IMG/VR virus record: IMGVR_UViG_3300044475_000302
Span: 1-51,405 of that record
Length of the DNA stretch: 51,405 nucleotides
From: a virus
Lineage: Duplodnaviria > Caudoviricetes
Reading direction: 5' to 3' (one strand)
Shown piece by piece: positions 18,933-28,456 of the stretch. Made by a program: the position numbers and the translations under genes. Numbering within the stretch: the stretch's first letter is position 1; each line of letters starts with the position of its first letter. A model generated the notes under the pieces. That model was given only the letters and a program-made list of their open reading frames with translations. It ran no database searches and had not been told where the DNA came from.

Positions 18933-20120
18933 TTAAGGAGTGACCAGCGGACCAGTGACGAACGCTTCGTCGCGGTAGATCGCGAACGCCAGACGCTCCT
19001 CGGCACGAATCGTCGCCATGTTTTTCTCGAAGTCATCGCTGTTCTCTGTAGAGATCAGCACTTCAATTTCCATGCGGTCGAAGATTTGCGCGCCGAGCTT
19101 GAACGCACCAACCAGGAAGTCGTTCTGGGTCATGGCCTGAGTGGATACCACTGGACGGTTCCAGAGTTTGGCGTTGGTGCCGTCTTGCGGCTGGCCAATG
19201 ATGTACCGCCCTTCGCCATCCTTGGTCAGCTCAATGGCCGCCCAGTCGATCGGGTTCAGCACGATGCCGTCGGATGGAAACTCGGCCAGCTCGGCCTGCA
19301 ACAGCGCCAGGCGCAGGCGGTCGATGCGCTGCTCGCCCACCACGGCCACTCCAGCCGGGGCAGCGTACAGTTGCGCAACGGTCATGAGGCCCTGGAGGTT
19401 CACGCCGGTGCCGTTGCCGTAAAGCAACTGTGCCTCTTCCGCCATGTTGAGGCCGTAGCGTGCACGACCGTCGATGTAGCTCTGAAGTGCTTTGGCGTCG
19501 TCCAGCATCTGGCGGCTGGCTTTGAACAAATGGGCGATGGTACGCACATTCGCGGTGGCCAGACCGAAGGTCAGGTCGGAGTACGGCTTGGCCGTTGTCT
19601 CTGCCACAGTACGAGCGTTGTTGGTGAAGCCAGTTTCACGGACGTACTCGATGGAGTTCGACTCGGTCGTACCGGGTGCAACCAGGTCGCGGACGGTGAG
19701 TCGACGTTGAGGCGGGGCAACAATCCCCGGCAAGCGCTGAGTCTGCACCAAGTCACCGCCGGTTGCGGTGGTGATGGCCGCGCGCGGCACCGATACCCGA
19801 CGAGAGCCACGGAAGGACGAATTCATGTCCTTCATTTCCTCGCTTTCGATGACGAGGGCGCCAACCGACTTCTGCGGTTCTTCTTGATGGTTGCGATCGC
19901 GACTAGCGTTCACAAGCTTCTGCTCGGCCTCACCCAGGCGAGCCTGGAGCTCGCCCTGCTTGGTCAACAGCTCGTCGACCTTGGCGCGTGTTTCGGTATT
20001 CATCTCACCGGAGGCCTTGATTTGCTTCTCGGTCGCCTCGGCCTGACTTTTGATCTGATCGCCAATGCCCTTGAGGCTGGCGTTGAGTTCCTTGACTTGG
20101 GCTTCAAAGTCCATGGTCAC
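18933..20120 (-). CDS. Major capsid protein (HK97 fold)
   Basis: Coiled-coil delta domain; RLTVRDL, TIAHLFKASRQMLDD, IRAEERLA motifs. Confidence 0.95.
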   Translation of the reverse strand: MTMDFEAQVKELNASLKGIGDQIKSQAEATEKQIKASGEMNTETRAKVDELLTKQGELQARLGEAEQKLVNASRDRNHQEEPQKSVGALVIESEEMKDMNSSFRGSRRVSVPRAAITTATGGDLVQTQRLPGIVAPPQRRLTVRDLVAPGTTESNSIEYVRETGFTNNARTVAETTAKPYSDLTFGLATANVRTIAHLFKASRQMLDDAKALQSYIDGRARYGLNMAEEAQLLYGNGTGVNLQGLMTVAQLYAAPAGVAVVGEQRIDRLRLALLQAELAEFPSDGIVLNPIDWAAIELTKDGEGRYIIGQPQDGTNAKLWNRPVVSTQAMTQNDFLVGAFKLGAQIFDRMEIEVLISTENSDDFEKNMATIRAEERLAFAIYRDEAFVTGPLVTP

Positions 20121-20974
20121 TTTCCTTTCAGAGAATTGAGGATATTGGTTGCCGCGCTCAGAGAGGCGGAGAGGTCTGGCGCGACAGCGCGGGGCTTATC
20201 GGTCGAGGCAGCGTTATGCGTGCCTCCGCCGGCAGCGCGAGGCATGCCGGACTTGAAATTGGCGAACAGTTCACGGCGCTCGGAGCGAGTCAGGCCGCCT
20301 TTGGCAAGGGCGACATCCATCGCCTTGAGGGCGTTGGCCTGGGCAGCGTCTTCGGTCTCGCGTTCGGTTACCTCGGAGGACGACAACACTCCGGTGGCCA
20401 GGCCAAGCTCCACGGCACGTTTGCCACGGATGTAGGTTTCGTCATCCATCAGCTCGGCCATATCTTCGGCCGACTGCCCGCTGGCCTCGGCGTAGAGATC
20501 AGCCATCACGGCATCGAACTCTTCCATGTCAGCAGCGATGTCCCTGAGGTAGTGGCGATTACCGGCTAGCCAGGTCCAGCAGTTGTGGATCATGAGGAAG
20601 GCGCTGCTGGCCACCTCTCGCTTCTTGCCAGCCAAGAAAACAATCGAAGCAGCACTGGCCGCCATGCCGAGGACCTTTGTGGTGACATGATGGCTGTGCT
20701 CTTGCAGGCGGTTATAGATAGCAATGCCTTCAAACATGTCGCCGCCTGGCGAGTTGATATAGACGGTGACATCGCGCTCTCCGATGGCGCGCAGTGCGGC
20801 ATCGATCCGCTTCAGCGTGACGCCCTCGCCGTACCAGTCTTCGCCGATCACGCCGTACACCGTGATGGTGTCTGAGGTGTTCTCGACGGCCGCCTGGATC
20901 GCGGGATTCCATTTGTCGAGCGCGCGCGGGCTCATCTCGCTGCGCAGGCCGCGAGATTGGATCTTGTGCTTCAT
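20117..20974 (-). CDS. Prohead protease (ClpP type)
   Basis: INSPGGDMFEG, GMAASAAS, LMIHN motifs. Confidence 0.93.
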   Translation of the reverse strand: MKHKIQSRGLRSEMSPRALDKWNPAIQAAVENTSDTITVYGVIGEDWYGEGVTLKRIDAALRAIGERDVTVYINSPGGDMFEGIAIYNRLQEHSHHVTTKVLGMAASAASIVFLAGKKREVASSAFLMIHNCWTWLAGNRHYLRDIAADMEEFDAVMADLYAEASGQSAEDMAELMDDETYIRGKRAVELGLATGVLSSSEVTERETEDAAQANALKAMDVALAKGGLTRSERRELFANFKSGMPRAAGGGTHNAASTDKPRAVAPDLSASLSAATNILNSLKGK

Positions 20975-20990
20975 GGATTGCTCCCGTGAT

Positions 20991-22289
20991 TTACTTTTCC
21001 GGCTGTTGGAGCCAGTTCATCAGCGCGGCCCTTGCGGCCTGGCCATCGTCTTGCTTGCCCAACTGGTCCAGTGGAACCAGGTTCGACTGAACGGTGAGCA
21101 CGTCACCTCCAGGCATATGGGGCATGTTGTCTTTACGGCGGCCTTCGTTTCGAGTGATGAAACCGTTCTGGGCCATGGTGCTGAGGTAAGCAGCGCGGCC
21201 GGAGCTGTCGGCTCTCAAGAACGCCTCAAGCGAGAACTCCGAGTAGAAGTTGATACGGTCCACCGCCGTCATGCACCGCTTGTTCACACACTGTTCGATC
21301 GGCGCCGTGAAGGACATGATGCAATAGGTGAGGAACGCGATCTGCTGCTGCTCCAGGCCTGTCCCCCAGTTGCTGCCCTTGTCGGTCTTCATCACCATCC
21401 AGGGCGGGACGCCGAACCAGCGGCAGATTTCTTCGACGCTGTGACCCCTCGACTCCAGCAGCTGAGCATCCGCTGGGTTGATGCCAATCATTTCCGGCTT
21501 CACGCCCTGCTCCAGCACCGGGCTCTTGCCTGCGTTCAAAGCGCCGGAGATCGTCTTGACGTATTCGCGGAATTCAACGCGCTGAGCGGGATTCAGGGTC
21601 TTGTCTACCGAAAACGCAACCGTGGGCATCATCCCATTGCGGAATGTGCTGTTGGCAGCATCGTCAGCCGACATCGCAGAGCCGAATACGTCAGCACCGT
21701 ACCGAATGGCGGAAAGCCCTACACGACCATCTAGGGTAAAGGCCGGTATGTGCAGCATGTTCTGCCGTACGATCTCACGGCGCGCCCCCTTTCGCGGCCT
21801 GAAGAAGTATCTCAAGCGGCCATCATCATCGAACTCGAGGTCGACTCGGGACGGCATCAGGAAGTCGAGCGCAATAACGCGGCCGGCAGAGCGGTGGATC
21901 TCGCAATAAGCATTCCCCCACAACAGCATTGAGGCGACGACTGCCTGCCAGAAGTGGAAGGCGGCCATATCCTCGTTCGGGCTGGTATGCACAACGTCGT
22001 AAAGGGGGAAATCCCGAGCACTCTCACGGCTACCGTCCGGCATTCGCCTGTAGATGCTCAGGGGCAAGCCAGCTACAGAGGTCGAAATGATGCGGACACA
22101 GGCCCACACCGTCGAGAGGCGCATTGCCTTGTCCACGCTGACCGACTTGCCGCTGCTCGACTGGGCACCCGAGAAGGCGCTCCAAAACCCTCCATCCGAT
22201 AGCTTGATGGTCCTGCCAAGCCACTCACCCATGCTGGCTGAAGGCTTGGCGGCGGCTGCCCCCAAGGCCTGCGAAAGGGTTCTAATCAC
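20991..22289 (-). CDS. Portal protein (HK97 family)
   Basis: VWACVRII, LLWGNAY, DAQLLESR, ICRWFGVPP motifs. Confidence 0.95.
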   Translation of the reverse strand: MIRTLSQALGAAAAKPSASMGEWLGRTIKLSDGGFWSAFSGAQSSSGKSVSVDKAMRLSTVWACVRIISTSVAGLPLSIYRRMPDGSRESARDFPLYDVVHTSPNEDMAAFHFWQAVVASMLLWGNAYCEIHRSAGRVIALDFLMPSRVDLEFDDDGRLRYFFRPRKGARREIVRQNMLHIPAFTLDGRVGLSAIRYGADVFGSAMSADDAANSTFRNGMMPTVAFSVDKTLNPAQRVEFREYVKTISGALNAGKSPVLEQGVKPEMIGINPADAQLLESRGHSVEEICRWFGVPPWMVMKTDKGSNWGTGLEQQQIAFLTYCIMSFTAPIEQCVNKRCMTAVDRINFYSEFSLEAFLRADSSGRAAYLSTMAQNGFITRNEGRRKDNMPHMPGGDVLTVQSNLVPLDQLGKQDDGQAARAALMNWLQQPEK

Positions 22290-22443
22290 TGGTCAGCCCT
22301 CGGCGAAGGAATCCGGCGATGCAAAAGAAGCTCACCGCTCCCGCCATCAAGGCCCAGCCTGTACCAGCTAGAACCCACACACCGGCACATGCCAGGCAGA
22401 AGGCCACCAGAGCGCAGGCGATGAAAATGTAAAGTGCGTTCAT
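22282..22443 (-). CDS. Small two-TM membrane protein (53 aa; not in ORF track)
   Basis: MNALYIFIACALVAFCLACAGVWVLAGTGWALMAGAVSFFCIAGFLRRGLTSD; overlaps the terL stop and the portal start. Confidence 0.65.
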   Translation of the reverse strand: MNALYIFIACALVAFCLACAGVWVLAGTGWALMAGAVSFFCIAGFLRRGLTSD

Positions 22444-24119
22444 GCGATCAGTGGATCCCGAATGCCAGCCATGAAGTTGTCCATTCCCCCGCGGCCTTCA
22501 GGATTGAGGCTGATCAGGGAAACGGCGTTGAAAGTAGCCATGAGCGGGTCGATCTTCGCCGTGCCCGATGCCTGCTTAGTGATCAGGAAGGCGTTGGCCG
22601 ACGGCACGCCCTTGGCGTTCCCGCATGACCAGGCCATGAGCGGCTGGCCGCAGTGCAGCAGCGTTCCCTCGGCAAGCTTGCGCTCTGTGGTCTTGATCGC
22701 GCCGGTGAGCTTCCAGCCCTGGGAGATGCCGACGATCTTGTCTTCTTCGACGCCGACATCAGCCAGCGCGTCGAGCACAGACCCGATACCCGCAGGGTCA
22801 AGGCCAACCTTGTCCAGCAAACCAGTCTCATTGATGCGTTTGACGATCGCGGCGAACTCCTCGACGTCATCGCCGATCCGTTTCACGATGGTCAGATCGC
22901 CAATCGCCTCAAGATCCTTCAGCCTGGGCGCTTCGGACTTGCGCCGTTCAAGCACCGAGGGGTGGGCCCAAGCATGAGCCCAGTGGAACCACCGTCGAGT
23001 GCCAGACTCCCGACCTATAACGGCAAGGCCGAGCAAATCATCCAGGCCGCCGCCGTCACCGCCCACGTCGATGACTTCGCACCGACCAAGGATTTCATCC
23101 AGGCTGAGCCAGGTGGCTGCCTGGGGCTCCCAGAACTCAGCACCGACCCAGGCATCCGACATCAGAGCCAGGCCGATTTCGATGTTCAGGTGCTTGGCCA
23201 GAAAACCGCGCAGCTCGGCTTCGCCGTCGATCTCGGCCTGCATGAACAAGCGTTCAAGCGTGGGGCGATCCACCGAGAACCCCATGTTTGGGTTCACCAG
23301 ATGGAAGTTCTCGGGCTTGCGCGCCGCGCCGCTGTCGATCATCTCTTTCGAGAATTCGTAGATGATCGGCAGGAAGCGATTGTCGTTGATGCGACCATCG
23401 CGTACGCCGCGGGCATAGTTCAGTTTCGACCGGAACACCCCGGCAGGCGGCTCGTTCGATTGAGTGGTCAGCCAGATAACAAAGCCTTCAGGCCGGGACA
23501 GCAGGCCGCCAGTGGCCTCGCGAATCATATCGGCGGCTTTCGGGTTCTTGCCAAACAGCCAGGCCTCGTCGATCAGCACGCCCACCGCCTTCTTGCCGCC
23601 CACCACATCGCTGTCAGCGGCGACGACCTTCAGCGTGGCGCCGGTCTCACGGTGAGTGATCAATCGAAGGTGCGGCTGCACATGCAGCAGATCCTTCAAT
23701 TCCTCGTCGTTGTTGACCATGTCCTTGGCCGGCACGAAGGCGTTGTCGGCAATCTCTTTGGTCGGCGCGAGGATGATGAACTCAGCCGACATCCGCCAGT
23801 TGCGGACCAGGGCGGTCAGCATGATCGCGGCAGCAATTGTCGACTTGCTGTTCTTCTTCGGGATACACAGCATGAACTCCCGAATCAGGCGCTCACCTGT
23901 TTCGCTGTTGTAGCTACCGAACACGGCCCCAGCGAAAGCCAGCACCCAGGGTGCGCACGCACTCTCGATGGTTGGGCTGCCAGGGGCGTCGACAATGCGA
24001 AGCCCCTTGAAAACCTCAAGGCTCTCTTCGGCCTCCTGGGGAAACAGCGGAGCTGGAATGATCGATTCGCTGGCGGCCAGGCGCCGCCACCAGTCAGGGC
24101 AGGCCGTAGTCCAAAGCAT
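22440..24119 (-). CDS. terL: Terminase large subunit
   Basis: Walker A-like PKKNSKST, Walker B LIDE, TTQS coupling motif, KIDP nuclease motif. Confidence 0.95.
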   Translation of the reverse strand: MLWTTACPDWWRRLAASESIIPAPLFPQEAEESLEVFKGLRIVDAPGSPTIESACAPWVLAFAGAVFGSYNSETGERLIREFMLCIPKKNSKSTIAAAIMLTALVRNWRMSAEFIILAPTKEIADNAFVPAKDMVNNDEELKDLLHVQPHLRLITHRETGATLKVVAADSDVVGGKKAVGVLIDEAWLFGKNPKAADMIREATGGLLSRPEGFVIWLTTQSNEPPAGVFRSKLNYARGVRDGRINDNRFLPIIYEFSKEMIDSGAARKPENFHLVNPNMGFSVDRPTLERLFMQAEIDGEAELRGFLAKHLNIEIGLALMSDAWVGAEFWEPQAATWLSLDEILGRCEVIDVGGDGGGLDDLLGLAVIGRESGTRRWFHWAHAWAHPSVLERRKSEAPRLKDLEAIGDLTIVKRIGDDVEEFAAIVKRINETGLLDKVGLDPAGIGSVLDALADVGVEEDKIVGISQGWKLTGAIKTTERKLAEGTLLHCGQPLMAWSCGNAKGVPSANAFLITKQASGTAKIDPLMATFNAVSLISLNPEGRGGMDNFMAGIRDPLIA

Positions 24120-24122
24120 GCG

Positions 24123-24629
24123 TCACCCCTTGACGACAGTGAGGGGCGGCTTGCTCTGTGAGTACTTGCCCTTGCCGGCCTCTTTAGCGGCTTCCGCCTT
24201 CTGTTCTTTCTTGCCGGCCTCAGCCTTCTTCCCATGAATGTACGGGACGGCGGTCTGCGCAGCATTACGCCGGTCGAACACCTTCGCCCTGGGCTCGTTC
24301 ATGAGAGCGAGCAGCCAAACGAGCGGATCGTCAGTTGATGGCAGGCAGCTGAGGAACTCGCCGTCGGCCTCACTGATCTCTGCGGGGTCTTCAGTGACCT
24401 TGTCGGCCTTCGATTTCCCTCTACGTCTTTTGGTCTCAGGGTTAACACTGAGCTCTGCCCGGCGCGCCAAAATGGCGGAGGCAATCTTGGGATCATTGGC
24501 CCATCGCGAACCCGCGGCAGATGCGGTCGAGGGCTTGCAACCTGCGGCCTCCGCTGCTTCCTTGTTGGACGCACCCCGGGCCTTAGCGTCAACAAACTGT
24601 CGCTGTTTGTCTGTTAACACCATTAACAA
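24123..24629 (-). CDS. terS: Terminase small subunit
   Basis: LTDKQRQFV..AAEAAG HTH start; directly upstream of terL. Confidence 0.85.
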   Translation of the reverse strand: MLMVLTDKQRQFVDAKARGASNKEAAEAAGCKPSTASAAGSRWANDPKIASAILARRAELSVNPETKRRRGKSKADKVTEDPAEISEADGEFLSCLPSTDDPLVWLLALMNEPRAKVFDRRNAAQTAVPYIHGKKAEAGKKEQKAEAAKEAGKGKYSQSKPPLTVVKG

Positions 24630-24720
24630 AAACCTTTAGGGGGGAGAAAAATGTCTACGTGGGGTCGGTGGCGGTCTAGCTGCGTGAAGGTCGCAGACTT
24701 TCGCACCCCCTATCCACTTA

Positions 24721-24770
24721 GGCACGTCAACTGCGTGCCACACCTCATTGCGGCACGTCATTCGCGTGCC
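24721..24770. repeat. Two GGCACG-N7-CGTGCC inverted repeats in the probable cos region
   Basis: Copies at 24721-24739 and 24752-24770, between HNH and terS. Confidence 0.7.
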
Positions 24771-24798
24771 GCATCAGGCCTATCGGCCCGGAGCAGGG

Positions 24799-25137
24799 TC
24801 AGGTCGGCGAGCCTGCCGCCTCCTCTGCCTGCTTGACGGAGTCGTGGCATGGCTTGCAGAGGCTCTGCCAGTTGCTGTGATCCCAGAAGAGAGCCATGTC
24901 GCCACGGTGAGCAGTTATGTGGTCGACCACCCTTGCTGCGGTCGTGCGGCCGTTTCGCTCACAGAAGACGCAGAGCGGGTTATCTCTGAGGTATTGCTCG
25001 CGCGCCTTCTGCCACTTGTAGTCGTAGCCACGCTGGGAACTAGTCATGCCGCTACGCCAGCTGCCTGGCGTTACAACCTTCACCCTCGACCCCGTGCTCA
25101 CCTTGATGCGAGGGCCAAGGGTCTTGAGTCGAGACAT
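24799..25137 (-). CDS. HNH endonuclease (terminase-associated)
   Basis: PLCVFC, VVDHITAH, NWQSLCKPCH motifs. Confidence 0.92.
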   Translation of the reverse strand: MSRLKTLGPRIKVSTGSRVKVVTPGSWRSGMTSSQRGYDYKWQKAREQYLRDNPLCVFCERNGRTTAARVVDHITAHRGDMALFWDHSNWQSLCKPCHDSVKQAEEAAGSPT

Positions 25138-25493
25138 CAGCGGCCACCTAGAACGGGAGAGCCGTCCAGATAGTGCGTGCGAGGACGGTCGCCTGGGTCG
25201 ATAGCCGTATCGTCAGCCAGTGCTTCGAGCAGTGCCAGGTTCTGCGTCGCGATCTGCTCCAACAGGGCAGTCTGCTTCTGCTGCTCTGCCAGCAGATCAC
25301 CCAGGCTTGGATGGATCTGGGCTGTGATGCCGCACTCAAGCACCAGAAGCTCGCACCCCAAACGCTCAGCGACTGGTCGCAGATTCGCCTCCAGGCTCTC
25401 GCGCTGGCCATGCTTCAGGAGAAGCGGGACGTTGATCGTCAGCAGGTCGCCCTTCTTTGGGCTCAGCTTCTCGACATTCTCAAGAATGTTCAT
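25137..25493 (-). CDS. Hypothetical phage protein
   Basis: In-operon ORF ending YLDGSPV, coupled to both neighbours. Confidence 0.7.
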   Translation of the reverse strand: MNILENVEKLSPKKGDLLTINVPLLLKHGQRESLEANLRPVAERLGCELLVLECGITAQIHPSLGDLLAEQQKQTALLEQIATQNLALLEALADDTAIDPGDRPRTHYLDGSPVLGGR

Positions 25494-25783
25494 GACGCCA
25501 CCCGTGCATAACGGCGGGATTGGTCTTTGAGGCTTGAGATATCCACCTCAACCATCTGTGCATCGGCTGTCACAACAGGGATCTCGCACGGCATCACGGT
25601 GATGACGGCCGTCCAGACGCCACTATCGACGCACGCCTTGAGTTCAACACTCGTCACGCCTTCGAGTTCGCGGCCATCACTTAGCAGGACCTTGGTTCCC
25701 ATCACCTGATGCGGGGCGTTCGGGTTGCTCTTTGGCGCCGGCACGATAGTCGCCACTGCCAACGATTTGCTTTGCTCGCTCAT
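25490..25783 (-). CDS. Hypothetical phage protein
   Basis: MSEQSK start after AGGTGG; GTKVLLSDGRELEGVTSV. Confidence 0.65.
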   Translation of the reverse strand: MSEQSKSLAVATIVPAPKSNPNAPHQVMGTKVLLSDGRELEGVTSVELKACVDSGVWTAVITVMPCEIPVVTADAQMVEVDISSLKDQSRRYARVAS

Positions 25784-25843
25784 ATGCCACCTTTTTCCAT
25801 TTGCTGATCCAGGCGCGCCGGGCGGCGCATCCACTGCAAGCCA

Positions 25844-26074
25844 TCAGATGAATGGATCTGATGGCTTGGCGATCGAGCGCACAAACCACATGAAACCCTG
25901 CTGCAGGTTGGCCTTTGCCAGGGCCAAGGTTCGCTGGTCCACGCCTTCGATCTGGCCAATCTGCTTGAACAACTCGCCGGCGTCGGCCTCCAGGGTCTTG
26001 ATCGAGTTCATACCATCGATCTCGCTCTGGGTGAGGTCGCGGTAGCCGGTGATCTTCTTGTGTTGGTTGTCCAT
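25844..26074 (-). CDS. acb2: Acb2-family anti-CBASS cyclic-nucleotide sponge
   Basis: MDNQHKKITGYRDLTQSEIDGMNSIK...LQQGFMWFVRSIAKP matches the recalled Acb2 pattern, including Y11 and K26. Confidence 0.85.
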   Translation of the reverse strand: MDNQHKKITGYRDLTQSEIDGMNSIKTLEADAGELFKQIGQIEGVDQRTLALAKANLQQGFMWFVRSIAKPSDPFI

Positions 26075-26161
26075 AGCTCTCTCCAGAGTGCAAAAGCCCC
26101 AACGAATGCCAGGGCTTGGGGCGCGCGCCACGAAAAGACGCACATTGGAAATGTGGCGTGA

Positions 26162-26482
26162 CTACGGCGAAACCCGATTGAGGGCCTCATCAGCCTTGTC
26201 AGCGGCCTGGGTTGCGGTGGTTGCCGCCTTCGATGCTTTGGCAGCGGCGCTATCGGTGCGGCGGGTGAGTTCGTCCAAGCGCTTGTCGCGCTCAGCCATG
26301 GCTGCGTCGTAGGCATGGCGGATCTCGTCAACCTGGTGCGCCTGGGTGCTGGCCATGGCCCAGTAGGCCGACTGCCAGCCCAGCACGGCACCGCCGGTGA
26401 TCAGCACGGCAGCGATCAACCACACCTCAACACGACGCCACCAGCGCCTGGCGATGTACTCCAGTACGCATCTGTCCATCAC
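26162..26482 (-). CDS. Membrane-anchored coiled-coil protein (lysis-associated?)
   Basis: One TM helix followed by Ala-rich coil; overlaps the upstream gene. Confidence 0.65.
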   Translation of the reverse strand: MMDRCVLEYIARRWWRRVEVWLIAAVLITGGAVLGWQSAYWAMASTQAHQVDEIRHAYDAAMAERDKRLDELTRRTDSAAAKASKAATTATQAADKADEALNRVSP

Positions 26483-26850
26483 GATGTACCTCCAAGCTTG
26501 GTACGCAGGCGAGCAATCTCATCGCTCTGTAGCGTTACTCGCTCTGTGAGGCTGGCTACCTGGCTGGTCAGCGCCTCGATCTTGCCTTCCATCCGGCCGA
26601 CTGTTGCGGCCAGGTCGTTGCGCTCCTTGGCGAACTGATCGGCGCGGGCCTCCGCCAGTTTCCGGGCCTCTCGCTCAGAGTCGAGCAACTCATTCAGCCG
26701 TCGGACTGTGCCGATGTCGGCGTTATCCATGGCGCGGTCAGCGGCGTCCTTAGATAAGAACTTGCGGAGCCACAAGAAGCCGCCCAGCAGGACGGTGCCC
26801 GTTCCGCCCAGCCAGGTGGCTGTGCCTGGGCCGAGGTCGGTCGGGTCCAT
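26479..26850 (-). CDS. Putative holin-like membrane protein
   Basis: N-terminal hydrophobic helix plus coiled coil; early in the late operon after the Q-like gene; function inferred from position. Confidence 0.5.
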   Translation of the reverse strand: MDPTDLGPGTATWLGGTGTVLLGGFLWLRKFLSKDAADRAMDNADIGTVRRLNELLDSEREARKLAEARADQFAKERNDLAATVGRMEGKIEALTSQVASLTERVTLQSDEIARLRTKLGGTS

Positions 26851-26865
26851 CACTTTCTCCGCGAA

Positions 26866-26891
26866 TAAAAAAGCCCCGCGTGGCGGGGCTC
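26866..26891 (-). terminator. Intrinsic terminator
   Basis: AGCCCCGC-CAC-GCGGGGCT followed by a T-run on the minus strand. Confidence 0.7.
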
Positions 26892-26928
26892 GAAAATATC
26901 TAGATTGTTCGGCGCAGAAGTCAGCGCC

Positions 26929-27270
26929 TTAGTGGTTTCGGCCAAAGACCCATTTACCCACACCCCAACCAACCACAGTGAGGAACACATCCGCCACGAG
27001 CATTGCTGCGTAATTCGGTGCTCTGGGAGCGAGTCCGCCGCCGAATTGAGGCTCCATCGCTGGAGGCGCAATGACATGAAAACCATGGGGGAAAAAGGCC
27101 CAAAGACACAAAACAACCAGCAGTGCGATCGTCCACCCTTCCTGCCGATCATACGAAGAGTGCCGAGCCAAAAGCACGACGTAGGTGAACAATCCTGCCA
27201 CCACCGCAGTGTGCAGCTGGGAAAAGATGGAGGTAAAAACATCTACAGCGAACATCAGGCTCATGGACAT
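26929..27270 (-). CDS. Three-TM membrane protein (moron)
   Basis: Hydrophobic 113-aa ORF, AT-richer, bracketed by terminators. Confidence 0.65.
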   Translation of the reverse strand: MSMSLMFAVDVFTSIFSQLHTAVVAGLFTYVVLLARHSSYDRQEGWTIALLVVLCLWAFFPHGFHVIAPPAMEPQFGGGLAPRAPNYAAMLVADVFLTVVGWGVGKWVFGRNH

Positions 27271-27332
27271 CCTTTAAATGAAGGCAAAAAGCCATTGTCG
27301 CACTCGGAGGGAAAACCAGAAACCTTAAAACG

Positions 27333-27362
27333 AAAAAGCCCAGCTAAATTAGCCGGGCTTTT
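27333..27362. terminator. Bidirectional terminator (tR'-like)
   Basis: AAAAAGCCCAGCTAAATTAGCCGGGCTTTT. Confidence 0.7.
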
Positions 27363-27405
27363 CGTCGTCACTCCTCAACACGCGCAGGAATGACAGGATG
27401 GAGAT

Positions 27406-27434
27406 AATTTCGCTCAGTCGATCACTGATGTCAA
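27406..27434 (-). promoter_or_regulatory. Putative late promoter (pR'-like)
   Basis: TTGACA-N17-GAAATT on the minus strand right after the Q-like gene and just ahead of a terminator. Confidence 0.55.
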
Positions 27435-27441
27435 CAGACAA

Positions 27442-28128
27442 TCACGCAGGCTCTTTCATCAACAGCCCCTCAGCCTCCAGGATCACCCGAACCTCCGCCA
27501 GAGCGTCGTCAATCATCCCATCAAGTTTCTCGTTGATTCCCTGCCTCCAGCGTCGGCGAGTCGCCTCCGGCGCCGCATCCAAGTCCCAGGTGTTCATGTC
27601 GTAGAAGCTGTCCGGCAGGATGATCAAATCCTCCTCGAGCGCCTCGATACGCTTCTTCGCCGCATTGCCGGCGGCAACAGCAGCGTTCACGGTGGCATCG
27701 CGGCGCCATGGAGACGCATCCAACGGGATGTTCACCGAAACAGACTGCGGGGCCTTGCGGCGTGCGCCCTTGAGCTTCGGAATGGCCCAGGCAGTTACCG
27801 CCTTGTAGATGAAGAGTGTCGGCGCCGGGCTCGCGATCATTGGCCGAACCAGCGTAATCGCCTGAACCTTCTTCGCCTTATTGGTGCTGTACTTGGCGAC
27901 CAAGGCATTCCAGTGCCGCCCCTTGAGCATGTGATGCAGGCGCGCCGAAAGCCAGTAATCGACCTGGGTGCGGTCTATGCCGTCTGATCGCCCGCCAAGT
28001 GACGCCAGGCAGCCACCCTCCTCCTCCGCCGATTTGTAAAGTTTCTGCCAGGCCTGGGCCTTCGCCGATCCCTTCTCGCCCGCCGCCAGAGCGGCAACTA
28101 CTGCACCCGATACGCTGCTATAAACCAT
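27442..28128 (-). CDS. Putative late antiterminator / late activator (Q position)
   Basis: Last delayed-early gene before pR'/tR'; C-terminal PEATRRRWR HTH-like segment. Confidence 0.6.
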   Translation of the reverse strand: MVYSSVSGAVVAALAAGEKGSAKAQAWQKLYKSAEEEGGCLASLGGRSDGIDRTQVDYWLSARLHHMLKGRHWNALVAKYSTNKAKKVQAITLVRPMIASPAPTLFIYKAVTAWAIPKLKGARRKAPQSVSVNIPLDASPWRRDATVNAAVAAGNAAKKRIEALEEDLIILPDSFYDMNTWDLDAAPEATRRRWRQGINEKLDGMIDDALAEVRVILEAEGLLMKEPA

Positions 28129-28138
28129 GTCCTTCCCC

Positions 28139-28456
28139 TCAATCCCCGGTGTAGTTGGTGCCGCCAGCGCCGCGCTGGTTGCTTCCCTGATATCCCGCCT
28201 CAGGCCCGCCGGCCTTGGGTCTTTTCAACTGCTCGATCTGCCGTGTCGCGGCCTGCAGCCTCATGCTGAGCTGGGTCACCAGTTCATCCAGGGCAAGGGT
28301 CTCGCCGGTTGCAGCCACTACCCAGCCCGAGGCGTTGCAGTGGTCGCATGGCAGTTCGTGAAACACGCCCTTGATTACCGCTCTCCCGCGACACAAAGGG
28401 CACTCGTCCAGCTCGATCACGGCCTTCTTGAAGGCTGGGCCGTGGCTCCTCTTCAT
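28139..28456 (-). CDS. Zn-finger protein
   Basis: CPLCRG and CDHCNASG motifs. Confidence 0.7.
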   Translation of the reverse strand: MKRSHGPAFKKAVIELDECPLCRGRAVIKGVFHELPCDHCNASGWVVAATGETLALDELVTQLSMRLQAATRQIEQLKRPKAGGPEAGYQGSNQRGAGGTNYTGD

